From Antedon mediterranea (lineage: Eukaryota > Animalia > Echinodermata): a DNA stretch of 64,000 nucleotides. Numbering within the stretch: position 1 is the stretch's first letter; each line of letters opens with the position of its first letter. A model generated the notes under the pieces. That model saw only the letters and a list, made by a program, of their open reading frames with translations, had not been told where the DNA came from and did no database searches. Where the stretch lies: contig NC_092673.1 of NCBI RefSeq assembly GCF_964355755.1, forward strand, positions 12,186,948-12,250,947. Direction: 5' to 3'. The translations under genes were made by a program, and so were the position numbers. Positions 23,125-34,445 of this stretch are shown in pieces.

Positions 23125-26100
23125 AATAAATAAAATGTAAAATACATGATTAAAATTGTCTTGTTAAACTATCTTATTTGTGATCTTATTTGTGTTCGAG
23201 TTTGTGTTCGAGTAGAGAGGCTATAAACTCAGGGGAGGAAAATGTAGTATCCTCCCTTTTCACCAAGATAAGATGGATGGTATGAAAAAAAGAGGAATGC
23301 AGTAGGTTGAAAGTTAGTTATTTAGAATGATAGCATGAAATGGTATATTTAATGGAAACCGTTAGGTTAGAGTCCATACACGGTGCAAGTCCAAGATGCA
23401 ATTTTGGCTCTGTGTGTATGTGAGACGCTTCATACCCGATGTCATCTTAGTACAACTACTACTTACAATTTGTATTTACGGTATAACATATTATAGTAGT
23501 ATAGAAGTATATATATTGAACAAATACACATACCTATAGATTAAATTGACATGTATACGATATAAAATAATGCAAATATAGAAAGATATATATGTTAAAC
23601 AAATACCAATACCTACAGATTATATTGACATGCTACATGTATTTGAACTATTGTCATCTTAAAAAGGTATACTGTAAACAGATTTTACGTTGATATGCAG
23701 GATTTGTGTCCATTATGATAAGGTAAGAAAGAAAAAGGAATCGATAAAATAATTAAATTATTAACATCAAGTCTTTAGATAGTTTTAATAATTTATCTTT
23801 TAGGTTATTCGTCCATTTCTTCTGAGCCTTATGTAAATTATTCATAAATTCATTTGTTAATAAATGCTTTAATTCATAGTAAAATAATCTCCAAATTATT
23901 TTTGATTCCTGATTTTGTTTCTTTTCTTTTCTTATTACTAAACACGATTTATAGATGCAAAAAGTAAATATTGAAATAAGTTCATTTACAGTTTTCGTTT
24001 CCGATCCTTTAACAATATTACGCCAGGTTATATCAATCTTTTGTACAAAACAGTTTGAGATCAAAAACTTAAATACAATCTCACTATTACATCTTTCACA
24101 TATGTCATTTATTGAAAGTTTCCAAATTTTTAACTTACTTTTACACGCAAGAATACGATGTAGTAGTTTGAAATTGAATTGCGCGACTTTTGTGATATGT
24201 GTCATAGAAAACACCTTGTTATACCATACGGTATCCCATGCAAAAGTGTAATTTTGAAATTCTATCTCCCATTTTTCTTGTGCTATAGGAGTTGATATTA
24301 TATTTTCCACAAATAAATTATAAAATAGTTTTGCATTAAGTTGTTTTGTATGAAGCCAAAAGCAATCGGTGTTTGTTTGATTATTTACATGTTCACCATT
24401 CAAAATAATTTCCTTCCATGATTGTGGTATAGCATTCATTAGCCCTATATATTCAATTAATCCATTTTGTTTCTGTGATAGTAATGGTAACACTTCATTC
24501 ATTGGTAATAATATATTCTCCTTAATTATGTCATTCATTGTTCTAAAGCCTGCATCAAGCCAAACTTTGAAATAGATTGACTTTCCATTTAACTGTATAC
24601 ATTTATTTTCCCACAATTGTTGGTTTTTAACGTCTTCAATGTTTTGTGGGTCAGACCAGTTAAAGTTGTTAATATTAACTATAGCAGTTATCATTTCTCT
24701 ATAGAAAACAGGCAATAGTTTTAGATCAGAATGCTCTTCATTGTTAATTTGAGTGATATTAACAGTATACTTAATAGGGTGCATAAAATAACTCGGTATA
24801 CATTTCCATTTTCCTGGATCTGGGCTAAGGAGTCGCTTAACCCAGTTTAACTTCAATGCTTTGACTTTTGCATTCAAATTAATCATATTTAAACCACCTT
24901 TATCTGTTTTTCTATTGAGTGTGGTTCTTTTAATCTTTTCTCGTCTACCACTCCACATAAAACTATATATTATCTTTTCCACCTTGGGCAAGATATATTT
25001 TGGTACGGTTATAATGCTAGCATTGTATATTAGTTTAGATATGGCTAGGGTTTTAATTATAATAATTTTTCCAAAGAACGTAAGATTTCTTCTTTTCCAT
25101 AATCTTAAGATATTTTCTAAAGAAATAATCTTATCGTCCCAGTTTTTCTTTTCACATAATTTGTTATCGTATCCAACATAAATTCCTAGAAACTTTACAG
25201 GTTTCTTTGTCCATGCAATATTACATGGTTCTGACATATTATGTTTACTCGCACCAATCCACATACCATTTGTTTTTCCTTTGTTCAATCTTAAACCTGA
25301 TATTCTACAGATTAGCTCAATCTCATGTAAAAAGCAGATTAATGATTCTTTATCTTTTGTAAAGATGATAGTATCGTCTGCAAGCTGAGCTATCTTAACA
25401 GTACATTCTTCATCATTTATTTTTGGCAATTCAATTCCTTTACATAGGGGATTGTTCCGTATGTTACAGGCCATCAATTCAACTACCAATATAAATAACA
25501 AGGCCGATAAAGGACACCCTTGTCTTATTCCACGTTCCATATTAATGCTTTCCGACATCCAACCATTATTTACCATTATACTTTCTGTATCAGTATATAT
25601 TACTTTAATCCATTTAATAAAAGAAGGACCAAATCCAAATTTTGTTAGCGTTTTTAACATTAAATTTCTGTTTACCGAATCAAACGCTTTTGCAAAATCG
25701 AGGAAAATTAAGGCGCCGGGTTTGTTTTTGATATTAGTAAAATAAAGTATATCTTCTACAAGTCTTATGTTTTCACCACCAAATCTTCCAGTAATGTAAC
25801 CTTTTTGATCAGAATGTATAATAGTTGATATTACTTTTTGTAATCTGATTGATAGAACATGAGCTAATATCTTATAATCTACATTAATGAGTGTGATAGG
25901 TCGCCAGTTTTCTAACTTCTCTCTTTGTCCACTTTTGAAAAGTAATTGAATTATACCTCTCCTTTGTGAATTTGAAAGTATGTTGTTGTGATAATTATAG
26001 TTCAGAGCTGTACACAGCATTTCTTTTATATGGTCCCAAAACTTTCTGTAAAATTCAACACTCAAGCCATCAGATCTGGGCTTTTATTAAGGTGCATTTT

Positions 26101-28000
26101 TAAAACAGCATTTGTGCATTCATCAACTGATAATAATCCCTCACATTTAGTATAGTCATCAATTGAAAGTTTGCTTACATTTGATCTGTGTAAGTACTCA
26201 TTAATTTTATGATCAGGGATATTTTTTTTTGCATATAGCTGTCTGAAGAAACTTACTTCTTCCTTTATAATTTCAGATGTGTCTGATGTGTATTTTCCAT
26301 TACTTTTTAATACTGAAGTAATGTGTTTTCTTTTTGCGTTGGATTTTTCTAATCCTAAAAAGAATTTAGTGTTTTTTTCTCCCTTTTCAAACCAGTCCAA
26401 TCGGGATCTAATTTGGGCACCGTGTGCTTCAATTGAATATATATCATTAAGCTCTTTCTGGATGTTGCTTAATTGGATATTTGTTTCATCATCATATGCA
26501 ATATCAAGTTTATTTGTTAATTCTTTGACTTTTTTGAACAATTCTTCTTTATTAACTTGTCTTTTTTGTTTCTTTTGTTTACAATATGTGCTAGAAAATG
26601 TTTTGATCTTAACTTTTAGGTATTCCCAGAGGAGGTCCGGGCTAAGATTATTTTCATTATTTTTTACATTACTAATTATTCTGATTATGTTTACATTGTA
26701 ATCATTATCATTTAAAATGCTGTTATTAATTTTCCAAAGTCCAGGACCTTTTTCTGCTTGGTGGTTTACAATTTTAAGAGAGATTGCTTGATGATCAGAA
26801 CAGATAGATGGTCTAATGTCGCAAGACACAATTTCACCATTTTTATAGAGGGCGTTCGAAACACACCAAAAATCTAACCTTCTGTATGTTTCTTTTCGTC
26901 TCCACGTATACTGAGTTTTGTTTTTGTGGCATTGTCTCCATATGTCAATTAGTTTATGATTACGCATACAATTTTTTAATATTTGTGGCGAGTTATCATA
27001 AGTATTTACACTGTTCTTTTGATCAAGATTACATTGTAATATACAGTTCATATCACCGCCAATTATGATATGCTCATCAACACTACAAAGGGAATCGATC
27101 TTCTTTTCAAGTTTCTTAAAGAATAACGATCTTTCTTTGTAATTATTTGGCGCATACACATTTATTAAAGTAAAAATTTGTCCGTTATATTCTAAACTTA
27201 AAATAAGTAGTCTACCTTCCTCATCTAAGTATTTACAACTGATGTCTTTTATGTCAAAATTCGACTTAAATAGCATTGAAACGCCTCTGCTATTTGTCGT
27301 TCCAAAGCTATGGAAAGTGTATCCCTTCCATAACGTATCGTAACATTTCACAGATTTTATATCAAAGTGTGTTTCTTGAAACACGATATCTACTTTTTGT
27401 TCATCTAGCCAGTTAAATACTTTTCTCCTTTTAATATTATCTCTAAGACCTCTAGCATTTAATGAGATTAAATGAAGAGGGCTGTTTTTTCGTTTTATTG
27501 CCATTTTTTTTTTTTTTGCTTTTTGTATATATATATATATATATATAATTATATTATCCAATTTTTTTAACTTTCTCTCTTTACGTAAAGAGCAGTCGAT
27601 CAGATAATTGTGTATTTAACTTACGGAGTCAGTCTTTTTTTCTTTCTTTTCCGCATTCTTGTCTCCACTTTCTGTCATCTTCTTTCTTTTCCCTGCAGCG
27701 AATTGTTGCCTAGCGGCTGTCGCTGTATCTGAGTCAAGTGTATCTTTTTTCGCAGTTGTAGCGACATCTGTGATAGGTCTCATACCTTTAGTGCTTTTGT
27801 CTAGTTTACTTTTCTCTCCTTGTTTCTTTTCTTGTTCCATTTTTTCTACATTTTTCTTCTCTTGTTGTTTTTTCTTTTTCTTCTCCTTCTTAGAGCGTTG
27901 AGATCCTTGATTCTCTGAAGACAAATTCTCGTCACCGCTGAGAGATTTTACTCTATCAATCGCTTCCTTCATGATTGTCTCCACTCTCTCTTCTAGTTTT
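23125..28000 (-). mobile_element. L1/Tx1-clade LINE, 5'-truncated, no poly-A tail visible
   Basis: Lys/Glu-rich probable ORF1 tail at 27984-27616, then ORF2; both junctions abut Academ sequence. Confidence 0.85.
23753..27503 (-). pseudogene. L1/Tx1 ORF2 (EN, RT, zinc-binding region) with a frameshift at about 26070
   Basis: SLNARGL, QETH, NVYAPN, GGDMN, SDH, GLWKIN, GEKNTKFF, WRPITLINVDYK, GIRQGCPLS, LADD, KGGL; the SPG.DGL motif is broken by a 1-bp deletion. Confidence 0.92.
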
Positions 28001-28004
28001 AACT

Positions 28005-28742
28005 TGACAAAAACCGTAAACGTAGCAAATGAATCTTTCCGATTTCATAATAACTTGGTCACTGATAGGTTTTCTCCCAGGTCTTTAATTAGTTCATAAT
28101 TTTTTTTAATACTTCCCATGCCGATGCCTTTGATTGACCACTTAGATATGAACAGGGAAGAGTTAAATTACTGTATGTATGTATTAATGTAATTTAACTC
28201 TTCCCTGGATATGAGGTAGAATCGCATCCACTAATAGTGTGGAACGGAATCAGTGCTTTTGCATAAACCTCGGGCAAGGCTTGAAAAATGTCTTTTATAG
28301 ATACTTTCTTTTTTTGGATGTCCCTGTCATCATCCATTTGGATACCATGCTTTGGTAGTGAGACACTAGAATCACTAGTACGTCTGTATCTCTAGAAGCA
28401 ACTACAACTGTGTCGTATCGGACATTGGCAGCATGACAAGTCTCGTGTCCGATTCTTCATGATCTGCGACCAGAAACAACGTATTCGTATAGACTTTTGA
28501 TGATTTAACAACTCATTCTTTCATAAATCCACCAGCTGTGACAATTTCTTTGTCTATAGGAGCTTGACGAATCAACTCCTCTGATAGAAATCGTGCCAGA
28601 TCTGCTTTATTATCTTGTAATGCCAAAAAGTTTGACCAGCAATTTGGCAGCGGTATTTCACCACTTTCTATAATTAATTTTCGACGAATTGGTCTCTGTG
28701 TTTTGGTTCATCTTTGTCTAGTGGTGTCCTTTATCGACAGTT
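28005..28742 (-). pseudogene. Academ transposase fragment (XPG/PIN-like region)
   Basis: NKADLARFL, HEESDTR, SRDTDV, FHTISGCDSTSY, GQSKASAW, ERFICYVYG. Confidence 0.8.
28153..28207. mobile_element. 55-bp palindromic micro-insertion (hAT/P-like ends)
   Basis: 19-bp perfect inverted repeat CAGGGAAGAGTTAAATTAC; flanks GATATGAA/GATATGAG; removing it restores GCDSTSYLSG. Confidence 0.75.
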
Positions 28743-28745
28743 TTA

Positions 28746-29100
28746 AGTTAGGCATGCCATGTTAAAAAAAAAAACCAGAGGCATTACCTCCAACAAGCGA
28801 TGCAGTGCACCGGCATATAAAAAGAGCACACCTCCAAGCATTCGTATTGAAAAAAGCTGTATCGCCAATCCAGCATTTGCCATCACCAACAGATTTTGGT
28901 TGGGAGCTATCTAATGGTAAACTTCAACCAGTGCTTCTGAAAAATGAAGCTATTCCCACTGCTTCGTTAGAGATGATTTATTGTGGATGCAAAACACGAT
29001 GCATAACCATATAGATGTAGGTGCAAGAAGTCAAAACTACCATGTACAGCTTTATGCTGCTGTAACAACGCTAAAAAAGATGACGGAAACCTTTCATGAA
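28746..29100 (+). pseudogene. Academ transposase C-terminus (LPPT..H..RA..Q, GW, Cys-rich CXC-like end)
   Basis: LPPTSDAVHRHIKRAHLQ, SPTDFGW, CGCKTRC...CRCKKSKLPCTALC; opposite orientation to 28005-28742. Confidence 0.8.
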
Positions 29101-29175
29101 TGATCAAAACTAATGCCCTTAACATGTTCATTCCAAATGTAGCTTACGTGTTCACATTTTCTTTCAAACCTATAC

Positions 29176-29202
29176 CAGGGAGTTGTTATTAACAACTCCC
29201 TG
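29176..29202. mobile_element. 27-bp palindromic micro-insertion
   Basis: CAGGGAGTTGTTA-T-TAACAACTCCCTG with 7-bp TSD CCTATAC; absent from the mirror arm at about 22950. Confidence 0.8.
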
Positions 29203-30376
29203 CCTATACAATCATAATCCATCATATTGATGGCAGGTAATTTCCAAATTTCCAAATGTAGCTGACGTTTTCAAATTCTTTTTTAAATCTATAATCATAA
29301 TCGATCATATTGATGGCAGGTACTATACAATCATAAATCCATCATATTGATGGCAGGTAATTTCCGAATTTCCAAATGTAGCTGACGTGATCAAATTCTT
29401 TTTTAAATCTATAATCATAATCCATCATATTGATGGCAGGTAATTTTCAAATGTAGCTTACATGTTCAAATTCCTTTTTAAATCTATAATCAAAATCCAT
29501 CATATTGATAGCAGGTAATTTCCAAATGTAGTTGACATGTTCACATTTTTAAAAATCTATAATCATACTCCATCATATTGATGGCAGGTAATTTCAAATT
29601 TCAACAAATGTAACTTGCGTGTTCAATTTTTTTTTTTTAATCTATATAAATCATAACACATCATATTTGATGGCAGTGAATTTTATAATTTTACTAATTA
29701 TTATTGTGTATAAATAATTTCATAGTTATGCAATTATATTATATTTAGTATACAGTAGGCCTATGCTGTAGTTTAAAGGTCAATAACCATACTATCGGCC
29801 ATTCTTGTACAAAATGTGCCATTAGACTGGATAGAAACACACATGTTTTAAACAATTTAAAAAGAAAAAAAATTCATAAAACCACAATTTTCAAAGTTAT
29901 ATTATTATTATATTATTATATTTGACTAATAGTTCAAAGGTCAATAGTTGTAGAATCGGCCATTTTTTGTAAAAACATTTCATTATAATAAATATGAATG
30001 TATAGTTTCTGAACAATTTGAGCCCTATTTCGTGTCTCTCCGATTATTGGTTACTGAGATACGATAAATAAAGGTCAAAGGTCAAAATGTCAGAAATAAG
30101 ACTTGCATCCATTTTTAGAGAAAATGTGTCATTAAAGTGAATATAAAAACATATATTTAAAACATTTTGAGACCAAAATTAATTATTTGTGACTAGTGGT
30201 TCTCGAGATATAGGGTAATTATAAAAAATGGCCGCCATTTTTAATTATGCAAATTAAGGGCTTAGATGGCCGAATTTCGCTTGCAGCGAGGTCGAAATAT
30301 CTTAAATCAAGTGGATCCCAGCTTCTACACAAAAATGCTTCTTACACCATATTTCAGAGGAAATAGAACTTGTCTA

Positions 30377-33126
30377 AGACTTGTCCAGGGGCATAACGTA
30401 TTAAATTTATCTAGAGTAATTGCCCAACATAAATTGGCATAAGAAAGGTAAGGCAAAACTAAAGTATTATAAAGGGTTAATAAGGTTTTTTGAGGGAAGA
30501 TATGTTTTAATTTGTTCAATATTCCAACATTTCTAGAAACTAGATTACTGATTTTATTTATATGTAGTTTCCAAGTCAGAGAGGCATCTATGGTTACTCC
30601 TAAAAATTGTGTTTCATTAACTCGTTTGATCATTTTATTATCAATGTATATTTGTTCATTTAAAGAATTTGAAATTTTACGTTTAGAAAATATTATATAG
30701 TTCGTTTTGAATGTATTAAGAGTTAATTTATTGTGTTTGAGCCAATTTGAAACTTTAAGTAACTCATCATTGACAATTTTAAACAAGGTATTTAATTTAG
30801 GATGAGAGAAAAAAATATTTGTGTCGTCAGCAAATAAGATAAAATTTAGTAATTTAGAGCCGTTTGGTATATCGTTAACAAAAATCAGGAATAAGAGTGG
30901 TCCAAGAATCGATCCTTGGGGAACACCACAGGTTAAACGGGAATAGGAAGAGTTAAAATTATTTAAGGAAGTAAACTGAACACGATTGAAAATGTAGCTT
31001 TTAATTAGTTTTAAAGGAAGGCCTCTGATACCGTAATTTGAAAGTTTATGAATTAAAATATCGTGGTTAATAGTATCGAAGGCCTTAGATAAATCAAGGA
31101 AAATGCCAACAGAAAACTCATTTTTACTCAGGGCAATTGTAATTTTGTCAAAAATATCTAATAAAGCAAGATCTGTTGAATACTTTTTCCTGAAACCATA
31201 TTGGCCTTTAAATAAAATGTTATGTTTAGTTAAAAAGGAAGAAATTCGATTATGCATTATTTTTTCAATTAATTTTGAGAAACAAGGAAGTAGGGAGATT
31301 GGTCTGTAGTTATTGAAAAGATGAGGATCTTCTTTCTTGTAGATAGGGATGACTTTAGCTATTTTAAAAGAATCAGGAAAAATACCGGTTTGAAAAGAAG
31401 TATTAAAAATGTGAGTTAAGGGTTTGCATATAAAATTAGAAACACGTTTAATAATTTTAATGGAAAACCCATCAAACCCAGGAGATTTATTATCTTTGAG
31501 GGAAAGTATTATACTGACAACTTCATGTTCGGTTACAGGACTAAGAAAGAGAGAGTGCACACATGGACGAGGTAGGGTAGAAGTATAATTATCATTATTC
31601 GACACATGTATTTTGTTAACTAAATTTGGCCCTATACTAGTAAAATAATTATTGAATTCAGTTGCAATTTGTTGAGGATTATTTAATTCAATGTCATTGT
31701 TAATAAAGTGAGAAGGAAATGGTTTACGAGATTTCTTGCCAAGGACTCCATTTATTGTTTGCCAGGTTTTTTGGATGTTATTTTTATGGAATTCAAATTT
31801 GTCACTGAAGTAATTCTTTTGGGCAGTACGAAGGATTTTGGTAAGTACATTTCGATATTTAACATATTTATTTTTGTCCTTTTGCTTTTTAGATATAAGA
31901 AATGTTTTATATAATTTGTGTTTTTTGTCGATAGATTTAATTAAGCATTTAGTTATCCAAGGTTTTTTTTCTTTCCGAATATTGCGTCTGGAACGAGTGG
32001 TTTTAATGTTGTTATTATATAATGTACTAAATATGTTGTTGAATAAAGCGTATGCCTCATTGGGTTCATTGGAGTTATAAATACTAGTCCAGTCAACATT
32101 TGACAAATCATTACTTAAGGCAGAAATTGAAATGTCATTGACTTTTTTTATGTAAATATATTTTGATTTAGGTTTCAGGTGTTGGAGAGGTTCTGATTTA
32201 TGTATTAACAAGAAAACAGGAAAGTGATCCGAGATGTCCGAATATAGAATTCCGGAAGAAATGTTATCGTATAGATTATTACAAAAAATATTGTCGATTA
32301 AAGTTGCAGAATTACGCGTAATTCTAGTTGGCCTAGTAATAAGAGGATAATAATTTGATTGAAATAAAGTATTAACAAAATCAGAAGTACCTTTATGTGT
32401 TTTGGAATTTAACAAGTTAATATTAAAGTCTCCTGAAATATATGCTGTTTTTTTCTCATTATTAATGGTGTCAATTAAATTAGAGATATCTTTACTAAAT
32501 GTGTTAATGGATAATTCAGGCAAACGATATACTACTCCAAGGATTATGTTTTTGGGTTGTGCATCGATTTCAATGAAAAGAGATTCCGAACCATTAGTAA
32601 TGATAAATGATAAATCAGGGCGAAGAATATATTTAAATCTCTGGTGTAGGTAAATGGCAACGCCTCCTCCTGGTCTATCAGCTCGTGAAACATGCAAGAG
32701 GTTATAATTGGAAATATTATAAAAGGAAAAAGGCGTATTATGATTAAAAAAAGTTTCGGTGAAGCATAGTGCTGAGAATTCATGGTTAATAGCACCTACG
32801 CATACATTGATATCGTTAAAATGTTTAACAAGACTGCGTGCGTTTAAGTGAAAGATACTAAATGAATAATCTTGTGTTGAATATTTGTTGTTAAGACTAT
32901 CGATATATTCATAGGCACAAGATTCAATATTTTCGGAAAATAATTGGGCATCGTTGTCATTAATAACATCTTTAAAATTAATATCAAAAGGGTTAAAAAT
33001 TAAAGAATTAAATCTATCAAAGTCAATTCTATCGTCACAAAAGTAATAGTGAATGACATGCAAGAATTCATCATTATCAATAATGTGATTAAATGGGAAT
33101 GCATCTATATTGTCAGAAGGGTCCAT
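30377..33126 (-). CDS. LINE ORF2 (APE endonuclease plus reverse transcriptase), 5' part
   Basis: HLNARSL, TET, GGGVA, GDFN, SDH, KPWIT, YRPISLL, DLSKAFD, GVPQGSILGP, FADD. The last ~17 aa of the listed ORF are read from the inserted TIR. Confidence 0.93.
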
Positions 33127-33570
33127 GAGAATATCTAGCGGTACATAATGTGATCAGTTTATTCAATAGTATGTAATAAAAGATGCCTGGTAATGTTACG
33201 TAAAAACAGAAAAGTACAAGAACGTAAATATAAAGAAACAAGTTAAGAATTGGGGGGTAACAATAAAACAAAGGTGAATAAATGGTTTTAAGTGGTTTAA
33301 ACATCTTATGACAATGAAATTATGTGAGAACAGACTCCTGAAAACGCTATTGTAAAATTATTATGTAAAATCAATCAAGGGGCTTATACAAATTAAGCAA
33401 AGTATGCAGATGTAAGGAAAATAATGGATAAAAGATTCTTAGTCTGTTGTAAAATTTAATAATGGATTGAATTTGTAAAGAAGAAATGTTTCTAAACAGT
33501 CCAAGTGTTTACAACAACATTCCGATCACTAGTATGGCAATGGAATTTCGAAAAGTTTACCGGAACTATT

Positions 33571-34263
33571 TCAATGGAATTTCGAAAAGTTTACCGGAAT
33601 GCCAGTTGAAGTTCGCCATTTTCCAGCCGTAAAACGAAGCTTGGTACCTTTATTGTACATCTCTTTTACTTGTGATCTCCATTTCTTTTTTTCCAGTAGA
33701 TCGGCAGCAGTAAGATCATCTATGATATAAAATTTCTGGCTATCTAGCGCAGAACTTCGTTGTTTCATAACTTCAATCTTAGAAGCGTATGAGAGAAAAC
33801 GGGCAATGATATGCCTTGGCTTACCGTTCATACGTTTACCATCTCGGTGGGCCCGTTCGATTGTTGGCCTGGGATCGAGTGTGAAAAAATCGGAAAGAAT
33901 GTTCTCAAAGATTGACTTACAGTTTTCTTTTGTGTTCTCTTCCACACCAACAATTCTTACGTTATTACGACGAGAAAAGCGTTCCGTCTTGTTAATTTTT
34001 GCCAACAGGTCAGTTGTACTACCTTGTAAATTAGCAACTGTTGTTGTCAGCTCTGTGACAGTCGTTTTTAATTCCTTGTTTTCATCTTCAAGGGCATCTA
34101 TTCTAGCAGAATTAAACGATATTGCTTCGTAAAGCTCAGCTTTATTAGATTCTTGGCCTTTTAAAATCGATTCAAGTTTTTTTTTAACAAACGATTCAAA
34201 CGATAGCTGGTCTTCGCTTTCGAATTCAGCGGGCTTGGTATTTGCTCGTGTAGATCGTGACAT
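33571..34263 (-). CDS. LINE ORF1p, L1/Transposase_22-like (coiled coil, RRM, CTD)
   Basis: ERFSRRNNVRIVGV, IERAHR, PRHIIARF, IIDDLT; intact 230-aa ORF. Confidence 0.9.
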   Translation of the reverse strand: MSRSTRANTKPAEFESEDQLSFESFVKKKLESILKGQESNKAELYEAISFNSARIDALEDENKELKTTVTELTTTVANLQGSTTDLLAKINKTERFSRRNNVRIVGVEENTKENCKSIFENILSDFFTLDPRPTIERAHRDGKRMNGKPRHIIARFLSYASKIEVMKQRSSALDSQKFYIIDDLTAADLLEKKKWRSQVKEMYNKGTKLRFTAGKWRTSTGIPVNFSKFH

Positions 34264-34445
34264 GGCTTGTCGTGATAGGCCTAGAGAAAATTAATATGCC
34301 AAGTAGTGCGTTTCAGGAGCTCGTTGTGAAAGCGTATTTTAAGTTAAAAATACATATCATTACAAAACGGTTTAAAAAGTGTCTTATATTTCATTATTAA
34401 TTATATATTATATTATTATTATTGTTATTATCAAAATTATTGTAG

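Larger units (their letters stand above)
21678..30376. mobile_element. Academ DNA transposon derivative with ~1.4-kb inverted arms
   Basis: Termini TAGACAGGTTCCATTTC / GAAATAGAACTTGTCTA; TSD AGA (21675-77, 30377-79); arms at 21678-23124 and about 28996-30376; Academ transposase remnants inside. Confidence 0.9.
20817..34337 (-). mobile_element. Two-ORF LINE (Crack/L2/CR1 group), full length, interrupted by an Academ element
   Basis: ORF1 at 34263-33571; ORF2 at 33126-30377 plus 21674-21262; (AAAC)n tail at about 20817-20840; candidate TSD TTTAAGTT (20809-16, 34338-45). Confidence 0.85.

Noticed and set aside
30325-30376. C-terminus of the 933-aa ORF (and the MEPVY start of ORF 21413-21691)
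   Set aside because: Both are read-through into Academ TIR sequence, not real termini.
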